Shown in pieces: positions 1 to 9,356 of a stretch of 64,000 nucleotides of DNA. Every line of letters starts with the position of its first letter. Position 1 is the stretch's first letter. The position numbers were made by a program, and so were the translations under genes. The notes under the pieces were generated by a model. It did no database searches, was not told the DNA's origin, and was given only the letters and a program-made list of their open reading frames with translations. Origin of the DNA: Eledone cirrhosa (taxonomy: Eukaryota); assembly GCA_964016885.1 (NCBI GenBank), contig OZ024741.1, positions 320,540,001 to 320,604,000 of the forward strand. Reading direction: 5' to 3'.

Positions 1-211
1 TTGGCCAACATCTTTATAACACACACATTTTAATTTACTTAATTTTTGATTTTTCAATTTTTCAATTTTTCAATTTTGATTACTCATTATTAATTTGTTA
101 TTTGTTTTCTGTTCTCTTCACTTTATCACCTTATATTTATATAAGGTGATAAAGTGAAGAAAAAAAAAATACTTTTTCATTACTTTTTCATTAATTTTTC
201 ATTTATTCTCA

Positions 212-670
212 TAAGAGTCAACGGCCATCCAAAAGTGTGTAAATATGTATATAAACATGTACATATGTATGTATATGTATATGTGTATATACATGGGTGC
301 ATATGTATGTATATGCGCGGGGACATAGAAATAGTCGGTCGGGCTGGATACCCGAATGCGTGGTTAAAACACTGGCAGTGAAGGACCCCTAGCCTTTGTC
401 AGGGCATCCTTCTAGGAGAAGGCTACTCAGAAAACAGGGATAACTCCGATATAAAACCTGCGGCTCAGTAGTTACCGATGATGTTGATCTTTTCTTTTTT
501 TCGGGTTATAGCTACAGTTGCTCAGAGAGTGGGATTGGCTCAGTACACAGTCTTTCCTCACTTTAAAAAATATCTTCACGCACATGCATTGAACGAGAGA
601 ATTAACTGATAATTATTAATAATGGTATATCGTGCAATGGGCATACTTGATACCGAGGGGGCAGCCATTA
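212..670 (-). mobile_element. Non-coding repeat associated with (CATA)n; same family as 29590-30192 / 30265-30805
   Basis: AAAACCTGCGGCTCAG...GATGATGTTGATC...GAGAGTGGGATTGGCTCAG...GGGGGCAGCCAT recurs at 30265-30355 and 30588-30805; ends at (TATG)n. Strand inferred from flank orientation. Confidence 0.6.
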
Positions 671-854
671 TGTATGTATGTATATGTAGATATCTGGACG
701 ATTTGTAATTGAAATACGGTTATAAAATTATATCAATCCACACAAACATCGCCAGTAGGTAGTACAGAGTATCACGAAATGCGCGTTACACCTCAATAAA
801 CGTGATGAAGATCTAATACTTCGTCCTTTTTATTATCAGTATATATAGAGAGAG

Positions 855-1048
855 GGCGGTGGATTGGCAGTATTGGTAGAGGGTCGGGCGCCATTTATTG
901 ACGCATAGAGTTACGGCCCTTGCCATTCTGAGTTGAAATCCCGCCGAGGTTAACTATACCTTTCATCCTTACGGGGTCGATAAAATAAAGTACCAGAAAT
1001 ACACTGGGATAATTGCTGGCCTTGTGCCAAAAGTAAAAACAATTATTA
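855..1048 (+). mobile_element. tRNA-derived SINE
   Basis: GGCGG head, A-box-like TGGCAGTATTGG, B-box-like GAGTTGAAATCC, body CCTTTCATCCTTACGGGGTCGATAAAATAAAGTACCAG; homologous copies at 38045, 38533, 55203, 60675. Confidence 0.85.
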
Positions 1049-1371
1049 GTATATAGATAGATAAATAGATAGATAGATAGATAGAGAGATAGAGAGATAG
1101 ATAGAGAGATAGATACATAAGTACACACAACAACACACACATACATATACACTAGTGTGGGTACATATGGCACTTCGAAGCTAGGGTGTCGCACTAGGGC
1201 ACTACGGAAGTATGCCCTCTGTGAGTGTGTGTCTCCAAAGAAGAATGAACTGGACAGTAAATAATTATCATCATCATCATCACCATCATCTTCGTCAGCA
1301 TCCACAACATCATAATCATAATCATCGTCATCATCACTATCAACATCATTATCATCATCTTAAGATTCTGT

Positions 1372-2785
1372 TAAGGGATACTATGGGACTATAAGTTGGT
1401 AAAATATATCAATGGGGAGATGGTTGGTAAAATACGGCACTTCGGAGGTAGGGGCCGCACTGTGGAACTGGTGAGCTTCAATGACACCGTATGAAAATAT
1501 GGAACTAGGGTGGCCCCCCAATAGCAATGGGGAGATGGTGTGGGGAAATATCCCACTTTGAAGCTAGGGTGCCGCTCTATGGCACTGCGGATTTAGGGTG
1601 GCACACTATGGAAGTGGGAAGCTTCAGTGACAAAGTATGGAAATATGCCACTTTGAAGCTAGGGTACCGCACTATGGCACTGCGGATTTAGGGTGGCACA
1701 CTATGGAAGTGGGAAGCTTCAGTGGAACAGTATGGAAATATGTCACTTTGAAGCTAGGGTGTCGCACTATGGCACTGCGGATTTAGGGTGGCATACTATG
1801 GATGTGGGGAGCTTCAGTGACACAGTATGGAAATATGGAGTTATGGAGATCCCATATGGCAATGGGAAGATAGTGTGAGAAAATATATCACTTTAAACCT
1901 AGGGTGCCGCAGTATGGAACTGTGGAGCTAGGGTGGCACACTATGGGACTCGGTAGCTAGGGTGAAGCAGTATGGCACTGGTAAGATAGTGTGATAAAAT
2001 AGGGCATTTCGGAGCTAGTGTGTCGCACATTGGCACTACGGAGCTAGGGTGGCACACTATGAGACTGATCAGCTTCAATGACACCATGTGGAAATATGGA
2101 ACTAGGGTGACACCCTATGGAAATGGGGAGATGGTGTAGGGAAATATGCCACTTTGAAGCTAGGGTGCCGCACTATGGCACTGCGTTCTAGGGTGGCACA
2201 CTATGGAAGTTCGGAGCTTCAGTGATACAGTATTGAAATATGGAGTTAGGGTGATCCCATATGGCAATGGAGAGACAGGGTGGACAAATACGACACTTCT
2301 CGGCAAGAAGATAGGGTGGGAAAATGCGGCACTTCTGAGGTAGGGTGCCGTACTATGGCACAGCGGAGCTAGGGTGGCACACTATCGAACTGGGCAGCTT
2401 CAATGATACAGTATGGAAATATGGAACTAGGGTGTCATCCCCACCCCGCTATGGTAATGGGGAGATAGTGTGGGGAAATATGGCACTTTTAATCTAGGGT
2501 GCTGCACTATGGCATAGCGGAGCTAGGGTGGCACACTATTGAACTCTGGAGAGCTTCAGTGGCAGAGTATGGAGATATGGAGCTAGGGTGACCCACCTAT
2601 GGCAATGGGGAGATAGGGTAGCAAAATACGTCACTTTCAATCTAGGGTGCTGCACTATGGCACAGCGGGGAAAGGGTGACACATTATGAAACTGGGAAGT
2701 TTGAGTGACACAGTATGAAAATATGGAGCAAGGTTACCGCCCCCCCCCCTCCCCATGACAATGGGGTGATAGTGTGGGAAAATTT
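1372..2785. repeat. Degenerate minisatellite, ~29 bp monomer with ~95 bp higher-order unit
   Basis: Repeated TATGGCACT...GCTAGGGTGGCACAC; CTATGGCACTGCGGATTTAGGG recurs near 1577, 1672 and 1767. Confidence 0.85.
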
Positions 2786-2859
2786 GTTGCTTAAACTTTC
2801 ATCTGTACTAATAATTACATATACATATATATATATATATAACAATCTCTATACCTCTC

Positions 2860-2892
<33 letters not shown>

Positions 2893-2899
<7 letters not shown>

Positions 2900-3433
2900 A
2901 AGTTAAATAAAAGTCAAATGATTAAAATTTAGCTTCGTTTATTACTGCTATATATATTTCAGTGACAGCCATCTTTGGCTGTGAGCTCTTCAGGCAGTTT
3001 GAATTAGTATGGTATAGACAAGTACATATGTTGTTTAGGTGTATAATATTGTCAATACTCTGATATGCCCAGTTCCTTGTTGGGTTGTTAATTCACTGAG
3101 GAACTGGAGTCATATATGACTCCAGTTCCTCAGTGAATTAACAACCCAACAAGGAACTGGGCATATCAGAGTATTGACAATATTATACACCTAAACAACA
3201 TATGTACTTGTCTATACCATACTAATTCAAACTGCCTGAAGAGCTCACAGCCAAAGATGGCTGTCACTGAAATATATATAGCAGTAATAAACGAAGCTAA
3301 ATTTTAATCATTTGACTTTTATTTAACTTTATTTTACACTACTCCGGAGTAACCAAACCAACCTGCGCACTTCGTCGAGTGCTCCAGACTGCATACTGAG
3401 GTGTTGGTATACAACCAACATAAACTCAAAATC
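2893..3433 (+). mobile_element. Fold-back PLE 3' end: 444 bp palindrome plus ~100 bp tail in (TA)n
   Basis: 2893-3114 is the reverse complement of 3115-3336 with no spacer; HHR in each arm; (TA)n on both flanks. Confidence 0.85.
3231..3285 (+). ncRNA. Minimal type I hammerhead ribozyme (mirror copy 2944-2998, minus)
   Basis: ACTGC-CTGAAGA-stem II (ACAGCC/GGCTGT)-GAAA-TATAT-ATA^-GCAGT. Confidence 0.8.
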
Positions 3434-3486
<53 letters not shown>

Positions 3487-3491
<5 letters not shown>

Positions 3492-4552
3492 TGTTGAGTG
3501 AGATGGTTACCAGTCAGAGTTTACCTTTAAACTATCTCTGTTATTGTATTAATATTTTACTCTTGATTGGCCAGAGGTGTTTATTTCCAGGTACCTTATA
3601 AATTTAACTTTCCGTATTTATTACTGTTGTGCGATATTGTGGTTTTTATTGGTTGTAACTTCTCTGTTTTTTAGCCTAAGAAAAAATATATATATGCCTA
3701 TGTATATAATTATATGCATACATTTATTTTTTAAAATTAATTGAGTTCTTTACACGAGGAATTGATATTAGTTTTGAAATAACTAATTAACCCGCGTGTG
3801 TTTTATATTTTACTCTTAATTCGGCCGGGGATTTACATTCCCATTTGCCCTTTAAAGCATAACTTTCCGTATTTACTACGGTTACGAGATGATGTTTCTT
3901 ATTCAGGTACAACCTCTGATTTTAGCCTAAGAAAATATCTATATGCGGGTGTAATTTATACACGCATATATTTATTTTTTTAATTCCAATTGAGTTCTTA
4001 ACACGTTGGATTGATAATGTTTTCGAAAAAACTGATTAACCCGCGTGTATATTATTTTTTTTCCTCCTTTCCTGGATCGTAGTTGTCTCCCCTTCCCGCT
4101 TAGTGACGCTATAATACTTCCTCAGTCAAAAACTGCTGGAATTTCAAATTTGCCGGTCATTCGATGCGGGAAGGAGCAACTTAACAGACACGATTTTTAA
4201 CTGTGGTAAGAAATGTTTTTCTTATATCAAAGTTTAATGGGCATCCACTGATGATTTATAAGCACCCACCTAAATATATTCTTACATGAATGTATATTAG
4301 GCTTCTACATAAACTGGAAATATTCTCCGAATTTGTAGAAAACTTATAATGAAACAATTGTTTGGAAAGAGAGATATATTTTAACTTTAATTATATCTCA
4401 TAAAATAATACAACTGGCTTTTCCACATAATACATATTGTTAGCACCCAAACACTTAAATTGGGTTTACATTAAAATATAACCTAATGTTTGTTGAGTGA
4501 GATGGTTACCAGTCAGAGTTTAGCTTTAAACTATCTCTGTTATTGTATTAAT
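3487..4552 (+). mobile_element. Non-coding ~999 bp unit with 67 bp terminal redundancy and HHR (retrozyme-like)
   Basis: 3487-3553 repeated at 4486-4552; (TA)n on both sides; no long ORF; HHR at 4244-4366. Confidence 0.7.
4244..4366 (+). ncRNA. Hammerhead ribozyme with long stem II insertion
   Basis: TCCA-CTGATGA-TTTATAAG...CTTATAAT-GAAA-CAATT-GTT^-TGGA; palindromic loop CAATTG. Confidence 0.7.
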
Positions 4553-4686
4553 TATATATGTATATATATATATATATATATATGTTTGTGCTTATAGGAA
4601 AATAGTCAGGACACCGATGGCTGAGCTCCAGTCGTTTCGGCAGCTAGATCAGAACTGGAATGTAATATCTTACCACGCATTCTTTG

Positions 4687-4737
<51 letters not shown>

Positions 4738-4863
4738 GTAGGAGGTGAGTTTTATTGTAGTACAATAAAGCAGTGCAGATATCAGATAAGTAGCACTCTA
4801 CAGTTTGTAGGACTGGAGTATAAATAATATATAAGATCAAAAGATGGTTAAAAGAGTTCCATG

Positions 4864-4934
4864 TATTTTATTATGCGCATTTCAAAAACAAACATCATCA
4901 TGCAATAACATTTGCGTTTTCGTCAGATAAAATA
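4864..4934 (-). ncRNA. Minimal hammerhead ribozyme (second copy 6683-6753, +)
   Basis: TATTTTAT-CTGACGA-...-GAAA-TGCGC-ATA^-ATAAAATA; palindromic loop TGCGCA. Confidence 0.75.
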
Positions 4935-5240
4935 GGGAGACATGATATGAAGGTTAAAACACACTTGTGAATAGTGCAGTTTTAAATCAACATATGAAAA
5001 GTAGTTTTAGATTGATGTGTGATATTGGGAAAAAAAAAATGTAAACTCTAGGCTAATTTCATTGTAAACTCTAGGCTAATTTCTGCAAACCCAAATACAA
5101 CGTCAAACGCAACTTCGGTAAATGTTCTTACTCCCATTCTAAATCAAGAAACTATTATTCCTATCGTAAATAACTTCTCCAATCCAATCCCTTCTATAGA
5201 TAACACTAGGTCACTTGTTAATAACTCTGTTAATCTCTCT

Positions 5241-5678
5241 AATCGCAATTGCAATTGCCCTGTTAAAAATAAATGTTCTCTCAACAACCATTGTCTTGAA
5301 AAAAACTTAATCTACGAATGTAAAGTTATAACTGACACCAATTCCTTTACCTATTTTGGCTCCACTTCCACCTCCTTTAAAGCTCGTCTTTATAATCATC
5401 ATTCGTCTTTTAAATACCAACTTAAAAGAACCAACACGGCACTCTCAGAACTCATATAGTCCTTGAAAGACAAAAATATTAACTATAACATCTCTTGGAA
5501 GAAGGTTTGTTCTGCTTCTACATACTTGAACAGTTCTCTATCCAAGACATGCAATCTCTGTTTATGTGAAAAATTTACCATTATATCTAATTTAGATTCT
5601 ATAATAAATAGACGCACTGACTTGTTTTCTCTCTGCTTGCATAAATTCCACAGAACATTCCATAAAGTATACAGCTAA
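5241..5678 (+). pseudogene. PLE Zn-linker plus GIY-YIG endonuclease remnant
   Basis: Manual translation CNCPVKNKCSLNNHCLEKNLIYEC...YFGSTSTSFKARLYNH...ELI*SLKDK...CNLCLCEK...CLHK; homologous to the C-terminus of the 9357 ORF; one in-frame TAG. Confidence 0.85.
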
Positions 5679-6170
5679 TATCTAATACTTTATCAATTTA
5701 AAATCCTTTTCTCAAAGGCACATATATATATATATATTTATACATATATATTTCTTTAAAAATATACCCATCTTCCTACCTTATTTCAATGTTATTTATT
5801 ATACATTATATAATACTAGTTACTCATTCTATATCACTCCTATTTATCACTTCCCTTTCTTTCTTTTTTCCTTTTTTCTTTTCTTTTTTTCTTTTTCTTT
5901 TAACTTCTAACCCCTAATATGTACCTTTTCTTCTTAGATACTTCTCAATTATCATTGTGGCTAACTTAGAAACAATTATTACACAGCACAATATATTCTT
6001 ACTTTATATCACCTTGAAAAAATCCTTCTTAAACATAAACATTTTTTACTTTTTTCTCCCTTTCATGCTCATCTAACTTATACATATTACACTTATTCAT
6101 CCAATCTTCTACTTCTTTCACAATATATCCTTACTTACATTACTATTGCTATATTTTTATATTTTTTTAA

Positions 6171-6343
6171 TAATACATATCAACAATTTCTTTCCATCGC
6201 ACATATTATTAAACCCTTAAATATTATTCTTAATACATATTAACAATTTCTTTTCATCGCACATATTATTAAACCCTTAAATATTATTCTTAATACATAT
6301 TAACAATTTCTTTTCATCGCACATATTATTAAACCCTTAAATA
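6171..6343. repeat. 60 bp tandem repeat x~3 in PLE 3'UTR
   Basis: Lines starting 6181, 6241 and 6301 are near-identical. Confidence 0.9.
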
Positions 6344-7147
6344 TACAAACCTTAACTTAACATTATTCTAAATTTTTCTCTTCGTTAATTTTCAAATTCT
6401 TTTAATTTATATATTATCTTCCAACGGTTTTTCAACCTCTCTATGTAAAACAATATATTTTTCTCAGTTATAAAAGCTATCTCTCTCTCTCTCTCTCTAT
6501 CACCCGTCTCATCCTCCACTTTTTATTCTCATCTCCTCCTCTTTTTCATCTTTTCCACCCACCCACCCTCAAACATTTTTTTTTTCCCCCAATATTACAC
6601 ATCAATCTAAAACTACTTTTCATATGTTGATTTAAAACTGCACTATTCACAAGTGTTTTTTAACCTTCATATCATGTCTTCCTATTTTACCTGACGAAAA
6701 CGCAAATGTTATTGCATGATGATATTTGTTTTTGAAATGCGCATAATAAAATACATGGAACTCTTTTGATCTTATATATATATATATATTAGAAATTAGA
6801 AGACCAAAGCTAAACAGAAAGAATGAGTGGAACAACAACAACACCCAAACAAACAACACTGACCTAAGAGAAGTATAAATAAGTAAATAAAATAAAATAA
6901 AATAAGATAAATAAATACATACACAAGCACAATAACAACAAGCACATAAACACACACTAGTCACCCAGCAGACACAACACTATACACACTAGTCACACAG
7001 CAAACATAACACTATACACACACGCAAACGCATGCGCAAAGAAGACAAAATAAAATAAACAAACAAGCAAATAAATAAATAAATATATAGACAGACTGAA
7101 TAAAAAATGGCGTAGACATACAACACAACAGGAGGAAAAAATATAAC

Positions 7148-7189
7148 ACCACTGACGATGTTGCAGATGTGCAACGAAAGATTTATGTA
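7148..7189 (+). ncRNA. Degenerate hammerhead in (TA)n-flanked insert 6790-7390
   Basis: CTGACGA-TGTTGCA-GATG-TGCAAC-GAAA-GATT-TA; stem I weak. Confidence 0.5.
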
Positions 7190-7384
7190 AACTATATATA
7201 TGTGTTTGTGTCTATATTGTATCTGTATTATTTTTGACCGTCGGTCAGTCAATGGCAACATTGAGGACCGATTAAGTTAGATCGCAGATATAAAAGACAG
7301 CGAGAAGCGAAAACCAACCAAACAGTGAGTGTGTTCTGTTATTAATTCTGGCAATATTACACAAATATGACCCTCCCCAAGTAT

Positions 7385-7522
<138 letters not shown>

Positions 7523-7601
7523 TTTCCTTTACTATCCAGGAAAAACTTGAACCCTTAAGATCTTCTTCCTGGATATGTCAATATTTATAAAACAAACTTT
7601 G

Positions 7602-7662
7602 TATTTTATCTGATGATAGCGTACCAAATTTTTGGTACCCTTGAAATATATATAATAGAATA
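7602..7662 (+). ncRNA. Minimal hammerhead in short PLE-end insert 7521-7800 (family shared with 26377 and 58504)
   Basis: TATTTTAT-CTGATGA-(GTACCAAA/TTTGGTAC)-GAAA-TATAT-ATA^-ATAGAATA. Confidence 0.75.
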
Positions 7663-7998
7663 AATATGGTTTTATAAAGATAGTTTCCATTTATTTAATA
7701 ACGTGGAATATTATACTCCAGAAAACTTGTCGAGTGCTTCGAATCAGTTATAAACATTTATATTTGTTGAATTACCAACAAATCAAATATCCCTTTTGCT
7801 TATATATATATATATATAGTGAAAGAATGAGGTGTAACAGGTTGGCTGTACAACAAGGGGCTTTATTTCAGTTATCAACAATTGTTTCATTGATCGGATA
7901 CCCAGCGAAACATAAGTACTTGTGTATGTCACTGTTTAACTAATTATACTTCCTAGGGATTGCGTGCTCTTACCCTTGGATAATCCTACCAAACTTTT

Positions 7999-8058
<60 letters not shown>

Positions 8059-8149
8059 CGAAGGAAATGTGGTAAGGAACCAGGTGGACCATAACGCACC
8101 AAAGTACTCAATACTTGAGGTAGTAGAGTGGGTAATAGGAACCAGTAAG

Positions 8150-8243
8150 ACCCCGACAGCTGAGCTCAAGCCGTTTCGACGGCTAATTCTGGACTAAATG
8201 AAAATTTATCCTGGTATTTAAATAGCCGATCTTCTCAAGGGGT
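8150..8243 (-). ncRNA. Type I hammerhead ribozyme, U3-A8 core variant (array copy 1)
   Basis: Minus strand ACCCC-TTGAGAA-GATCGGCTA...TAGCCGTC-GAAA-CGGCT-TGAGCTC-AGCT-GTC^-GGGGT. Confidence 0.8.
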
Positions 8244-9356
8244 AATTCCATATATGGTCAAAGTGATTGTCAAAAATCAGTAGTAATTCTGTGGTTGCAA
8301 ATTAGTAGGGGAGATGGTGGCTAAACCTGCCAGTAGGAGAAAGAGGGGAGGGGTGGAGTAGACCCAATCAAGCGTTGGTAGTGCCAGCTACAGCTGGGCA
8401 TGAGGTCAAAGAAGATACAGGGGAGGGGGAGGGGGAGGAAGTCGGAACGGTAGGTAGAACAATGGGGGGTAGAAATAGGAAAGAAAAAAAAAAAAAATAC
8501 TGAGAGTGAAGAAAGGCAAATAAGTGTAAAGAAAAGTAAAGTAAATTAAATTCTACGACCTAGGTGTCAGGCTATTGTTAGGCGAGAATAAAATAAAGAA
8601 AGAAAGAAAGAAGTAAAAAAATAAATAAATGAATAAATAAGGAAATAAGTAAGAGAACTAGGTGGGACGGTTAAGGCAAGGACCCTTTTAAGAGGTATAA
8701 GTACGTAAATGATACGGTGACGGGTCAACAAAAGGGGCCAAAATACTAAAGAGACTACCACGAAATAAACAATAAAGGTTTCCATCCCGGGCCAGCAACG
8801 ACCCAGTGCAGCAAAGTGAACTTGTACGAGATAATAATTCTGAGTCCCGAGAAAAATATATACTAATGCTAACTCTAAAAGATCTAAAACAAGCTACATG
8901 AAAGTTCGTACGAAATAAAGGTAGAATACGGAGAAATAAATTCAGAATCCACCCCGCCCAGAAGAAGAGCGAAGCAAGAAATACTGAAACGAAAAAATAA
9001 GGCATGTGCCACTAAGAAATATAGAGGGCACAGAGAATAGTGGGAGCGGTCGGAAAAAGGGGGAAAGTATCCGGGGTCTAAGCCAGCTGCTATAAAGGGC
9101 GGAGTCCGCCAAATCTATCAAAGACTAGGGGAGGGGGGGGGGGGGGGTTACTAAGGCTACATGGGGCCAAAGGGCAGCCTCTGGTGGGCGAGAAAAGACG
9201 CCGACAAAGGAGAAGAGCTGGGGTAGAAGGACAAAGGGGAGAGGGGGGAAGGAAATAAAGGAAGCGATAAAAGAATACAAAGAAGATCTTACGTCTTCCT
9301 TGGCAAGCAGGGGTTACCTATTGCAAAATCGGCAACTGGGGTGTTATAGCCCTAGT

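Larger units (their letters stand above)
4735..6775 (+). mobile_element. 5'-truncated PLE with inverted pLTR end
   Basis: ~4850-5040 is the inverse of ~6575-6770; GIY-YIG remnant inside; (TA)n flanks; HHRs at 4864-4934 (-) and 6683-6753 (+). Confidence 0.85.

Noticed and set aside
1372-2785. CRISPR-like repeat-spacer array or telomeric tract
   Set aside because: No constant repeat with unique spacers; eukaryotic context; TTAGGG is not tandem.
8567-9005. 72 aa and 105 aa hydrophobic ORFs repeated in every pLTR
   Set aside because: Recurrence only reflects the repeat; F/L/S bias follows from a T-rich 3'UTR; no recognisable motif.
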